Shown here piece by piece: positions 40,673 to 50,076 of a DNA stretch of 64,000 bases; the first letter of the stretch is position 1, and every line of letters begins with the position of its first letter. The stretch comes from a bacterium. Its GTDB lineage: Bacteria; Patescibacteriota; Minisyncoccia; Phycocordibacterales; UBA2100. The notes below the pieces were generated by a model. It did not search any database. It had not been told where the DNA came from and worked only from the letters and a program-made list of their open reading frames with translations. A program made the translations under genes and the position numbers. Location of the stretch: positions 26,688-90,687 of the forward strand of contig JAJXVV010000001.1 in the NCBI GenBank assembly GCA_021781955.1. Direction: 5' to 3'.

Positions 40673-41419
40673 ATGGCCACCGTGAGCCGACCGCACCCAT
40701 TCCACGTCCTGCGAGACATCGGGCTTTCCGAGAAGGAAGCGACGATCTACATCACGCTTCTTGGCCAGCAGCGGATGACCATTGCATATCTCGCGCGATC
40801 ATCGGGGATCAAGCGCGCGACCTGCTACGAACATCTCGACCAGCTTTTAGCACGCGGCTTCATACGAAGAATACCGGTCGGTAAGCGCATGATGTATACC
40901 GCCACAGAGCCTAAGCGCATCCTTTCTGATTTCAAGAGAAAGACTGCGCTGCTCGAACAGAGCGTGTATGAGATGACCGATATGCACGAGACAGCCATGA
41001 ATAAACCGAAGATCAGCTACTTCGAGGGGAAGCACGAGATCAGGACTATTTATGAAGATCTTTTCAAAACATCTGGTGATGTCTACTCAATCTTCCCTGC
41101 CGCAGCTTTCCTCGAGAATTTCACCGAGGGTGATTACGAGGAATTCGACAAACGGATCAACCAACGCGGCCTCAAAAGCCGTGACTTACTCGTGAACGAC
41201 AAATTCTATAAGAAGATCGAGGAAATACGGGCTAAAAATGAAGGGAATAAGTCCCATAAAAGGCTCCCTCCGTGGTTCACGTGTAACGTTGATGTGCTTG
41301 TATTTGCGGATAAAATAGCTCTCATAGGACTAAGGGACCTATCGGGGATCGTCATTGAGAACAGGGATATAGCTTTACTTTTCAAGAACCTGCACGATTT
41401 TCTTTGGGAATACGCTTGA
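40673..41419 (+). CDS. TrmB-family transcriptional regulator
   Basis: GLSEKEATIYITLL, SGIKRATCY HTH, YFEGK, DKIAL...IEN. Confidence 0.88.
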   Translation: MATVSRPHPFHVLRDIGLSEKEATIYITLLGQQRMTIAYLARSSGIKRATCYEHLDQLLARGFIRRIPVGKRMMYTATEPKRILSDFKRKTALLEQSVYEMTDMHETAMNKPKISYFEGKHEIRTIYEDLFKTSGDVYSIFPAAAFLENFTEGDYEEFDKRINQRGLKSRDLLVNDKFYKKIEEIRAKNEGNKSHKRLPPWFTCNVDVLVFADKIALIGLRDLSGIVIENRDIALLFKNLHDFLWEYA

Positions 41420-41422
41420 ATC

Positions 41423-41445
41423 TAAAGGACATTTAATGTCCTTTA
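41423..41445. repeat. Perfect palindrome (11-bp arms)
   Basis: TAAAGGACATT-T-AATGTCCTTTA. Confidence 0.85.
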
Positions 41446-41454
41446 TCATGTCCC

Positions 41455-41847
41455 TTACAAAATCTGCTCAAAAAGCCGGCAATGGGCAACTCTTTTGGTC
41501 GTGTCGAGATATACGCCGACCGCATCTATTTGGAATTCCCTGCTGTCCTCATTCTGAGCCATGTATGATTGAGCAGTCCTCGCTATCTTTCTCAATTTTG
41601 CCTGATGTATCTGCTCTTCCGGTCGGTATCCCGACGTCTCACGTGAACCATTGTATCCTGGCGGCAGGCCAGACAATGTCTTCACCTCAATGAATCGGAC
41701 AACCCCGGCTTTTTCTGCAATTATGTCGATCTCACCCCACGGTTTACGGTAATTCCTCTCAATGATGACAAATCCTTTTCTCTCAATGAATCGCGCTGCC
41801 GCACTTTCACCAATCCTCCCAATCTCCTTCCGCTTTGAATTCTCCAT
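41455..41847 (-). CDS. yraN: YraN family endonuclease-fold protein
   Basis: GRIGESAA, ERNYRKPWGEIDIIA, FIEVK. Confidence 0.92.
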   Translation of the reverse strand: MENSKRKEIGRIGESAAARFIERKGFVIIERNYRKPWGEIDIIAEKAGVVRFIEVKTLSGLPPGYNGSRETSGYRPEEQIHQAKLRKIARTAQSYMAQNEDSREFQIDAVGVYLDTTKRVAHCRLFEQIL

Positions 41848-41890
41848 CTGTGAATTATACAGACTTACTTGGCGCATTTCACGTGAACCA
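41635..41890. promoter_or_regulatory. Two parS-like sites (41635-41650 and 41875-41890)
   Basis: CGTCTCACGTGAACCA and CATTTCACGTGAACCA, each 13/16 to TGTTTCACGTGAAACA. Confidence 0.5.
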
Positions 41891-42008
41891 TGTTTCTAAG
41901 AAACATGGTTCTTGTACTTCATTGGTGGGAATGATGATCTCAATCATTTGATGAGCCGTAATATCCGCATATGGACACGTATTACATGCGTCCTTTTAAA
42001 CATGTCCT

Positions 42009-42038
42009 TTATCCACAGTATCCACAGACTTTTCCACA
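42009..42038 (+). promoter_or_regulatory. Cluster of three tandem DnaA-box-like 9-mers
   Basis: TTATCCACA, GTATCCACA, TTTTCCACA. Confidence 0.65.
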
Positions 42039-42231
42039 CATCGTTTGCGGTCATTTGTATCGAGCACGGCGAATTTGGGATGAAGAGCAGGGCTCTTTGT
42101 CTCTTGAATTATCGACTTTGAGAGTTTGTTTCTGCCAACATTCTGCGGACCTATCGGCTCAGAATCGTCATGCTTTACAACACGAAACGCGCCTTGACGT
42201 ATAGGCAGGCCACATACTACGGTGGCCATGT

Positions 42232-43212
42232 ATGGAACATGAAAGGGTTTCTTATTACAAGTCGCTCCTTTCCGCGTGCGCGGGCTTGGCTCTTTTTGCG
42301 TTCTTCATGCTCCCGACGAGTGCGTTCGCTCTACAAGTGCAAAGCCAGACAGCACAGCTCTTACCTCCAGGAGGGAGTAGCTGCGCACCGATCACTATTA
42401 CCAGCGTGACACCGTACGTGTACAGCGACGGTCTCAACTCTTTTGAATTCACGGTCTCTGATCCTTCCTACGTTGCGGTGTTGGCTTCGGTAGGGAAGGT
42501 GACCGAACCGCTCAACTTCATTACTCGCTATGCGGACCCCTCTGGCGGCGTGCGCGTCCATGTGGATATTAATTCGACGCCAGTTGGTCAGACAGTACCG
42601 ACCGTGGTCACGTTGCTTTCGGCACGCCCCGGCGCGCCGGTCTGCGCTGCGGTCGTCGCCATCGACTTCAGCGCCGGTGCCTCGAACGTCGTGCCGGCTG
42701 TCAGCCAGAGCGCCGCTCCGGCCTACCCGACGGCAACAACTGACCGCCAGCGCCCAGCGGCCGCGTCGCCGACAGGCCACATCGGGGCGACCCCGACGAC
42801 CGGAGCCTCGCAGGCGAGCGCGGCAATAGGTGTCGCTGCCGGCATTGCCACGCCGCTCACCATCAAGCCGCTGTGCTCGTCTGATGCGGTCGCGTATCGG
42901 ACGTGGCTCATGCTGCTTGTGCTGTACGCGGTCTTGGTCGGCGGTCTCCTCTGGCTCGAGTTTCCACTCAGCTGGACGTGGGCGAGGACGCCTGAGCGCC
43001 TCGCGACCATTATTCTTGCGGCACTCGTCCTCCTGCTCGGTTTCTGGTACTTCTCGATCTCATGCCGCGCAGCACTGTGGATGCCGCTCCTTGCGTTCCT
43101 TATCTCGATCCTTGGATTGCTTGCGGCCTTCTGGAACCACCCGAAGGTGACGCAGCTCCTCTTACTCGAGGAAAAGACGGCGATCATCACGCCCCCGTCG
43201 GTGAGAAAGTAG
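42232..43212 (+). CDS. Hypothetical exported protein with C-terminal 3-TM anchor
   Basis: Signal peptide, beta-rich domain, PST linker, three TMs. Confidence 0.75.
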   Translation: MEHERVSYYKSLLSACAGLALFAFFMLPTSAFALQVQSQTAQLLPPGGSSCAPITITSVTPYVYSDGLNSFEFTVSDPSYVAVLASVGKVTEPLNFITRYADPSGGVRVHVDINSTPVGQTVPTVVTLLSARPGAPVCAAVVAIDFSAGASNVVPAVSQSAAPAYPTATTDRQRPAAASPTGHIGATPTTGASQASAAIGVAAGIATPLTIKPLCSSDAVAYRTWLMLLVLYAVLVGGLLWLEFPLSWTWARTPERLATIILAALVLLLGFWYFSISCRAALWMPLLAFLISILGLLAAFWNHPKVTQLLLLEEKTAIITPPSVRK

Positions 43213-43268
43213 TTCAGCGATTGCCGCTGCGCGCAGCTCCGGGTATAATCCCTCGGTACGTGCAGCAC

Positions 43269-43339
43269 GCGGGCATGGTTTAATGGTAGAACGCTACCTT
43301 GCCAAGGTAGAGATCGGAGTTCGATTCTCCGTACCCGCA
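43269..43339 (+). tRNA. tRNA-Gly(GCC), CCA not encoded, C6:A67 mismatch in acceptor stem
   Basis: GCGGGCATGGTTTAATGGTAGAACGCTACCTTGCCAAGGTAGAGATCGGAGTTCGATTCTCCGTACCCGCA. Confidence 0.93.
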
Positions 43340-43344
43340 CAAAC

Positions 43345-44682
43345 GTCAGCAGCCAGAATATCCAACCGTGAAGCCCCGAAATCAGTCGAGATCGGTTCGA
43401 TACCGCGATGCGTTGCTGGTCGAGAACCTGCAGGGATGGTTCGTGAAAAGGAGGTTGTGCGACCGCCTCCCTGGACGTGTACAATCCGAGCATGTCTCCG
43501 CTCGCAAGCCGCGCCCACATCGTCTTCACCACCCTCTTTCTATACCACTTCGCCCGCCGCCCCGCCCGAGGCATCCGCAAGACGCCGTTCGGGAAGTATG
43601 ATCGGCTGCTGTTTCGCAATGCTGGCGAGTCGCCGCTCGCCCTGTTGCTGAAAGAACAGCTCATTGCAGAGCCGAGTGCTGTGGAGGTCCTGGTGAAGAA
43701 AGGGGCGGATCAGCATATCGACGACACTGATCTGGAGTCGGTCATCATAGCGGTCCGCGAAGAGCCGAATACGCTGTTCATTCTCGTGTACGAAGGCGAA
43801 GTCCCCTCAGACGACTACCTCCGCCTCTTCCGCGCCTTCGCGCGGCACCAGATCGTCATCCTGCCGCTGGGAGAAAAGGATCTCGCCAGCTTGGAGAGAT
43901 GGGTCGGGAATGGCAATTGCAACGCTTGCCTCGTGTACCTCACCCTGCTCGCCGACAAGGTGACGTCCGAAGACGAGCGCCTGCCCGAGCGGTATGCATA
44001 CCGGATGCAGCGGCAGCAGGAAGCAAATCGCGCCCGTCTCGAGCGCATGGGGAAGCTGGAGGGACCGCAGCTGCGGACGCTCGTGAAGCTGCTCTCCTTC
44101 CTCCTCTCGTTCGAGAGGGCGGGAAGCGAGGTGTCGGAAGCCTGTCGCGCCTCCAGGATCTCCCGCAAGACCTTCTACCTCTGGCGCGACAAAAACCCAA
44201 TCTTCCGAACGCTGCTCGATGCATGAGTCAGCCTGAGACTGCGGGAAACTACACATCTAGGACGCCCTGCCGTGTCTCATTCCGTGTAATTGTCTAGCTG
44301 CCAAAACTCCAAAATTTTGGCATTGTTTGGCTTTTCGGTTCGCAACCGCGTTGCATCGACGGAAACGGCCTCGGATTCCCGAAATGTCCTTACGGGGCTT
44401 GCTGGAATCCTCAAAAGCACTCTAAAACCGAACAATCCAAACCTCGTCGATTTCCCAACATCCACCACCGACCGCGAGGCATTGGCGATGTACGATTGAG
44501 GGCCCCCAGAAAATCCTTGTGTTGCCTCACTGGTGGGGGTGCGGTACCGTGAGGGGGCACACGAGTCAGCAGCCACAATATCAAGCCGTGAGGCCTCGAA
44601 ATCAGTCGAGGTCGGCCGATACCGCGATGCGTTGCTGAGTGGAAACCTGCAGAGGTGGTTCGTGAAAAGGGAGTTGTGCGAC
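43345..44682 (+). repeat. Imperfect ~119-bp direct repeats (43345-43463 and 44565-44682) flanking one gene, next to tRNA-Gly
   Basis: Hand alignment about 85% identical, e.g. shared CGATACCGCGATGCGTTGCTG and TGGTTCGTGAAAAGG. Confidence 0.85.
43492..44226 (+). CDS. Hypothetical protein with C-terminal phage-type HTH
   Basis: VSEACRASRISRKTFYLWRDKNPIF; start uncertain (43477 or 43492). Confidence 0.7.
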   Translation: MSPLASRAHIVFTTLFLYHFARRPARGIRKTPFGKYDRLLFRNAGESPLALLLKEQLIAEPSAVEVLVKKGADQHIDDTDLESVIIAVREEPNTLFILVYEGEVPSDDYLRLFRAFARHQIVILPLGEKDLASLERWVGNGNCNACLVYLTLLADKVTSEDERLPERYAYRMQRQQEANRARLERMGKLEGPQLRTLVKLLSFLLSFERAGSEVSEACRASRISRKTFYLWRDKNPIFRTLLDA

Positions 44683-44757
44683 GTCGCCGGTGGATCGCGG
44701 GTGGACTGCCCGATTAATTTCGCGAGGGTAACGCGGTGGATGTCGCGCGGACGCGGC

Positions 44758-46572
44758 TCAATTCTCTTTGAACACGGGTACGATATTGACCGTCTGACTC
44801 TGCGAAAGGGCCGGATTGATCGGATCGGTGCATGAGAGTGTGAACACCGTCTGTCTTTCGATGGGGTTCGATACTTGGCTCGTTCCCACGAGTCCGGTCC
44901 ACTGAAGCGCGTCGGCGCTGTTTGTAACGATGCAGGTCCTCATGCTCGCCACGTTCCACGACACCTTGACCTGCGTGCCTTTGGTGACCAAAGTCGGCGC
45001 GACGCTGAAACGAAGTATCTGCCCGGGGAGCTTCGTATTGCAGAGATTGGTCGTGGCGGAGCAGCCGTACTGGCAGCTCTGCTCGATTGCACCGGTACAG
45101 CTGTCGTGGATGTTGCCGTCCGACTCGCAGAGGCCGGTTGACACGCACCCGGTCTGGATGCACTTGCCGCTCTGAGTGCAACCGGCGACACAGGTCATAT
45201 CGAGCGCGCCCGTGCAGGCGTTGTAGAGGCTGCCATCGGTTTTGCAGAGGTCGGGGAGCTGGCAGCTCGCATTGCACTGGTTGGTGGCGGTGGAGCAGCC
45301 GTTGCCGCCACAGCTCGTTTCGGTGCCGCAGGAGTTGGCGAGATTGCCGTCGGCTTGGCAGATGAGGATGGAATTGCCCGAGGAGTCGACCTGCGGGGTG
45401 CAGGAGTTTGAACCGTTTCCGCCGACGGTGGCGGAACACATCGCGGTTTGAGGAGCAGTCAGATCGCCGCCCCAACTGATGACGACCGATCCGTCGATAT
45501 TCGACGGGGACCCTCCGCCCGTCGTCGTGGTGCAGCTCGATACGCCAGTGCCGTTACAGTAGCCCGAACCGCCGCCGCCGCCGCCGCCCGCAACGACCGA
45601 ATCCGCCGAGCACCATGCGCCGCCGCCGCCGCCCGCGCCGCCGTACAGGCCTCCGCCGCCGCCCGCGCCGCCCGCAAATCCGAGGAATCCGCCGTACCCG
45701 GCGCCGCCGTGCAACATAGTGCCGTTGGCACCGGCAAGCATTTCAGCATAGGCAATACCGCCGCTCGTCTGCGAGGCTCCTCCGCCCGGACTGCAGGACG
45801 AGAGCGCGTCGCCACCGGAAAGCCCCCCTCCAAAACCGCCGGTTCCGCTACCCGCTCCGCCCCCTCCGCCGCCAGCCGTCATTACATCGGCACCACCAAC
45901 GACGATCGCGCTGCGACCGCCGCCGCCATATCCGGTCGATAATAACTTGCTTGCTCCGTTTGCCCCTCCTCCGTATCCGCCGCCCACACCGCTGCCCGCT
46001 TTTCCTGCGATCACTGTCAACACCTGCCCGGGAGTAACCGCCAAAATCCCTTGCGTGTAGCCGCCATTGCCGCCGCCGCCCGAAACATACCTGATTCCGG
46101 TGATAGAATCCGCTACCACTTGCCCCTGGGCCCCGGCGCCTCCGGCACCCGTTAGCTCCACCCTCACGGAAGTAATCCCTTGTGGCACGGTAAACGTCTG
46201 ATCCGCGCCGGTCGCACTGAAGGTCTGGCTTTGCGTGCCGCCGCTCGAGGAAGTGCATGTCGAGCGATCCGCCGCCAACGCGTACCCGCTCGGACACGCG
46301 TAGACGGTGCCGGTGTAAACGACCGTGGTTTGCGATAACGGCACGGTCGTTGAGCCCGCGGTCGGAAAATCGCCAAGATACGGAATCGCCGGATCGGTCG
46401 AATCAATCGTGAAATCGATCGGATTGCCGGTCGACGACCACGTAAGCGTCGCGCTTTGGCTGGATGCGCCCGACATCGGAGCCGCGCTCAAGGTGCAGGC
46501 GAGATTCGCGAACGCGATGAGTGGAGTCGCCAAGCAAACGAACGGAAGCGCAAGTAACGAACGCCGGATCAT
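44758..46572 (-). CDS. Secreted glycine-rich domain protein with Cys-rich repeats and Ig-like tail (paralog of 6908..9142)
   Basis: TFSATGADQTFTVPQG...GGGGNGGY...GGGGSGY; CQADGNLANSCGTETSCGG; TVFTLSC. Confidence 0.8.
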   Translation of the reverse strand: MIRRSLLALPFVCLATPLIAFANLACTLSAAPMSGASSQSATLTWSSTGNPIDFTIDSTDPAIPYLGDFPTAGSTTVPLSQTTVVYTGTVYACPSGYALAADRSTCTSSSGGTQSQTFSATGADQTFTVPQGITSVRVELTGAGGAGAQGQVVADSITGIRYVSGGGGNGGYTQGILAVTPGQVLTVIAGKAGSGVGGGYGGGANGASKLLSTGYGGGGRSAIVVGGADVMTAGGGGGGAGSGTGGFGGGLSGGDALSSCSPGGGASQTSGGIAYAEMLAGANGTMLHGGAGYGGFLGFAGGAGGGGGLYGGAGGGGGAWCSADSVVAGGGGGGGSGYCNGTGVSSCTTTTGGGSPSNIDGSVVISWGGDLTAPQTAMCSATVGGNGSNSCTPQVDSSGNSILICQADGNLANSCGTETSCGGNGCSTATNQCNASCQLPDLCKTDGSLYNACTGALDMTCVAGCTQSGKCIQTGCVSTGLCESDGNIHDSCTGAIEQSCQYGCSATTNLCNTKLPGQILRFSVAPTLVTKGTQVKVSWNVASMRTCIVTNSADALQWTGLVGTSQVSNPIERQTVFTLSCTDPINPALSQSQTVNIVPVFKEN

Positions 46573-46584
46573 AGACCGCGATGT

Positions 46585-47037
46585 TTATTTGATCGTTATC
46601 GTACCACGCGAGCCGCTCGAGCCGTTGGAGAACGAGACGGTTCCAATCTGCGCGAAATCGGTTTGCCAGTACTCGCCTGGCTGGAGCGTCGGCGCTCCTT
46701 GAAGAGAAAGCGCGAGCGGCGTTGTGGAATTGTTGATAAAACGAACAGTGTCACCTGCCTTGATGGTCGCCGTTTGCGGCAAAAAACCTTGTCCAGCGTA
46801 CGAGACAATCAGCGCCAGCGATGTTCCTTTGAGCGCAGCCGTCCCGTGTTCCGCCACGAATGGTCCGGGGGACAAGCCATTGGCAACCTGTCGCGCATCC
46901 GTTGCGGGCGCAGGCTCGCGGCCGATGAAGCGCGTCCCGGCGGCAACGACCGCGTAGAATATCGCCGCAATAGCGACAACGAGGAGAAGAAGCGCGACGT
47001 ATGTGCGTATCGAGTGCCTTGGAATCACGGCGTTCAT
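46585..47037 (-). CDS. Membrane-anchored cupredoxin-fold-like protein (paralog of 9144..9584)
   Basis: PRHSIRTYVA, ATIKAGDTVRFIN, GAPTLQPGEYWQ. Confidence 0.72.
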   Translation of the reverse strand: MNAVIPRHSIRTYVALLLLVVAIAAIFYAVVAAGTRFIGREPAPATDARQVANGLSPGPFVAEHGTAALKGTSLALIVSYAGQGFLPQTATIKAGDTVRFINNSTTPLALSLQGAPTLQPGEYWQTDFAQIGTVSFSNGSSGSRGTITIK

Positions 47038-47210
47038 TGTACCAACCCGCGCACGCCGCCGCGCGGTTATTCACACGTATCCAACGACTACAATACCGTT
47101 CAAAATGCCTAGAAAGTAAGCCGGAAAATATCCGCAGGTGAATTAGCCATGTTTTCTCTGTACCTGATGTTCGAGGCACCATGGACGCATGAGCGGGCCG
47201 CTGACTGCTG

Positions 47211-47282
47211 TGCTCCCGCCAGGATTCGAACCTGGAACGACAGTTCCGAAGACTGTTGTGATATCCATTTCACCACGGGAGC
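47211..47282 (-). tRNA. tRNA-Arg(TCG), CCA not encoded
   Basis: Reverse complement GCTCCCGTGGTGAAATGGATATCACAACAGTCTTCGGAACTGTCGTTCCAGGTTCGAATCCTGGCGGGAGCA. Confidence 0.95.
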
Positions 47283-47312
47283 AGGCAACAATCATACGCT
47301 ACAATGACCCCA

Positions 47313-48779
47313 ATGAAAACGCCGCTTCCAGTACCGGGCGAGATACTCGCGATTTGCCGCACTCTCTATGAGGCCAGTTTCCAAGCGTATCTCGTGGGCG
47401 GCTGCGTGCGCGATCTTATGCTCGGCCGCGCGCCCAAAGACTGGGACATCACGACAAACGCGTCCCCGGAGCAGATACAGGGCCTCTTCGAGAACACGTT
47501 CTACGAGAATGAGTACGGTACGGTCGGCGTCGTGACCGGATCCGACGATCCGCGCATAAAGGTGGTGGAGGTAACGCCATATCGCATCGAAGGGAAGTAC
47601 TCGAATGCGCGCCACCCCGATTCCGTGACATTCGGCGAGAGTCTCTCGGAGGATCTCAAGCGCCGCGACTTCACCATCAACGCGATCGCGTACGACCCGC
47701 TCACCGGCATGCTCATCGACGAGCATGGCGGCAAGGAAGACATCGCCGCGCGCCGCATCCGCGCCGTCGGCTATGCACAAGAACGTTTCCAGGAGGATGC
47801 GCTACGCATGCTACGCGCCATCCGACTCTCTGCGGAACTCGATTTCGTGCTCGACGGCGATACGATGGCCGGTATCGTCGCGCAGGCGAGCCAGCTGGAG
47901 AAAATATCGCGCGAGCGCGTGCGCGATGAACTCGTCCGCATCCTCATGAGCGACCGTCCGATGCAAGCGCTCTATATCGCGCACAAATTGGGCGTTCTCG
48001 CATACATCATCCCCGAACTCCAGGAGGGGATAGGCTGCGCACAGAACCAAGCACACTCGTTCGACGTTTTCGAACATCTCATGCGCAGCCTCCAGCATGC
48101 GGCCGACAAAGGCTGGTCGCTCGACGTGCGCCTCGCGGCACTCTTACACGACGTCGGCAAGCCGCGTACGAGGCTCTGGTCGGACGAGAAAGAGGACTGG
48201 ACCTTCCACGGCCACGACGTCATCTCGGCAAAGATGGCGAAAAAAATACTGAGCGACCTTAAATTCCCGAAGGAGACGATCGAGCGCGTCTCGACGCTCG
48301 TCCGCACGCACATGTTCTTCTCCGATCCGGACGTGGTGACACTCTCGGCAGTGCGCCGCGTCATCGCACGAGTGGGGAAGGACCGCATCAACGACCTCCT
48401 CAACCTACGAGTATGCGATCGCATCGGCACCGGCCGGCCAAAAGAGCATCCTTTCCGCCTACGCAAATACATGTCGATGGTGGACGAGGCGATGCGTGAC
48501 CCGATCTCGGTCGGTATGCTCAAGATTGACGGGAAGAAGCTGATGGAGCTCGGGGAGCGGCCGGGACCCCGCATCGGCTGGATACTACACGCGCTTTTGG
48601 AGGAAGTGTTGGACGACCCTGCCAGAAATACGGCTGAATACCTCGCAAAAAGGACACAAGAGCTCATGAGCGGTTCGGAAGAAGACCTTCGCAAGCTTGG
48701 CGAGGCCGGCAAGGAGCGCAAAGGGGAGGAGGACAACGCAGCCGTGCAAAAACTGCGCAAGAAACACCACGTGAACTGA
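47313..48779 (+). CDS. cca: CCA tRNA nucleotidyltransferase with HD domain
   Basis: VGGCVRD, DWDITT, RRDFTINA, EDALRMLRA, LLHDVGK. Confidence 0.92.
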   Translation: MKTPLPVPGEILAICRTLYEASFQAYLVGGCVRDLMLGRAPKDWDITTNASPEQIQGLFENTFYENEYGTVGVVTGSDDPRIKVVEVTPYRIEGKYSNARHPDSVTFGESLSEDLKRRDFTINAIAYDPLTGMLIDEHGGKEDIAARRIRAVGYAQERFQEDALRMLRAIRLSAELDFVLDGDTMAGIVAQASQLEKISRERVRDELVRILMSDRPMQALYIAHKLGVLAYIIPELQEGIGCAQNQAHSFDVFEHLMRSLQHAADKGWSLDVRLAALLHDVGKPRTRLWSDEKEDWTFHGHDVISAKMAKKILSDLKFPKETIERVSTLVRTHMFFSDPDVVTLSAVRRVIARVGKDRINDLLNLRVCDRIGTGRPKEHPFRLRKYMSMVDEAMRDPISVGMLKIDGKKLMELGERPGPRIGWILHALLEEVLDDPARNTAEYLAKRTQELMSGSEEDLRKLGEAGKERKGEEDNAAVQKLRKKHHVN

Positions 48780-48810
48780 TTGCAAACCATCAGATTAATC
48801 AAAAGAAAAA

Positions 48811-48884
48811 TCGCCTGACGGGGTGGCCTGAGTCTACGTTTTTCTCTTTCGTAGATTTGGGCCGCCTGCGTCAGGCGACTTTTT
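48811..48884 (+). terminator. Unusually long hairpin followed by a T-tract
   Basis: TCGCCTGACG-GGTGGCCTGAGTCTACG...CGTAGATTTGGGCCGCC-TG-CGTCAGGCGA-CTTTTT. Confidence 0.65.
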
Positions 48885-49143
48885 GGTGAGGCTCGTTCAT
48901 CCCGAAAGAACACGAGTTCAGTGACAATGACTTCTTGTTTCAATCGGGTCGCAGAGGCGCCCGTGACAAAAACATGTGGTGAAAGTCCATTGCCGGTATG
49001 ATCTCGTTGATGGGAATCAACGATGTCTCTCAATGTACAAGGGTTGCCGCGACCCTTACAAAGAGGATACACCGCTATTGGACACTGTAAAGGACGTCCC
49101 TGTTGATAACTTGTCCTTTATAGGGAGAATGTACAAAATGTGG

Positions 49144-49941
49144 CTATAGATCAATATCTAATGAGATCGGACAGTGATCGGAACCCCCGAAATCAGCATG
49201 GATGCGAGCTGCCTTCACTCTGCTCCTGAGCGCCCTGCTCACGAAAAAGTAATCTATGCGCCATCCGATATTGCGCGCCCGGGCGTTGGCGAAATGACTC
49301 CACCATGTGTAGTGTCCGTTTCCTTTCGTGAACAAGCGAAATGAGTCGACGAAACCAGCGTCAATGATCGCGACTATTCCTTCGCGCTCTTCTTTCGTGT
49401 AGCCATGCTCCCCCTCATTTGCCTTCGGGTTCGCGAGGTCGTCAGGCGTGTGCGCCACGTTGAGATCGCCGCAGAAGACGACCGGCTTTGTCTGCTCGAG
49501 CAGTTTGCAAAATTCGAGGAATGCCGGATCCCAATGCTTATACCGCAGCGACAAGCGGCTTAAGTCTCCTTTCGAGTTGGGCGTGTAAACGGTGACGAGA
49601 AAGAAATGCTCGTATTCTGCCGCAATGACTCGGCCCTCTTCGTTGGGGTCGCCGTAACCGTCTTTCAGGTGGAACTTCTTCAGGATTTCGTCGGGGAAGC
49701 CGAATATAAGGCTCAAAGGCTGGACTTTTGAGAATATGGCCGTGCCAGCATACCCCTTGCGTCCTTTCGATGAGTTCCAGTATTCCTCGTATTCAGGAAA
49801 GTCGACCTCGGATTGGTGCTCCTGCGCCTTTGTCTCCTGCAGACAGAGGACATCCGGTTTCATCGTGCGCACGAGCTCCGCGAGCGTGCCTTTCTTGTGG
49901 ATGCTCCGTATGCCATTCACATTCCACGACACGAGTTTCAT
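49144..49941 (-). CDS. xth: Exodeoxyribonuclease III
   Basis: SWNVNGIR, LQETK, GDLNVAH, WRIDY, SDHCP. Confidence 0.96.
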   Translation of the reverse strand: MKLVSWNVNGIRSIHKKGTLAELVRTMKPDVLCLQETKAQEHQSEVDFPEYEEYWNSSKGRKGYAGTAIFSKVQPLSLIFGFPDEILKKFHLKDGYGDPNEEGRVIAAEYEHFFLVTVYTPNSKGDLSRLSLRYKHWDPAFLEFCKLLEQTKPVVFCGDLNVAHTPDDLANPKANEGEHGYTKEEREGIVAIIDAGFVDSFRLFTKGNGHYTWWSHFANARARNIGWRIDYFFVSRALRSRVKAARIHADFGGSDHCPISLDIDL

Positions 49942-50076
49942 GACAGAACGATAGCACATGGCTTCGCTGAAAGATCCTCATGCGAGGATGATACTGCTCA
50001 TGCGGGCGAGCGCATGTCACCATGCGCATCGGGCAGCCCTTTCGTTCCACGCCGGCAAAGCTTACGAACGTTATAT

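Noticed and set aside
44277-44576. Short ORFs between the HTH gene and the second repeat
   Set aside because: Overlapping ORFs on both strands with no motif or clear start signal; probably decayed or non-coding.
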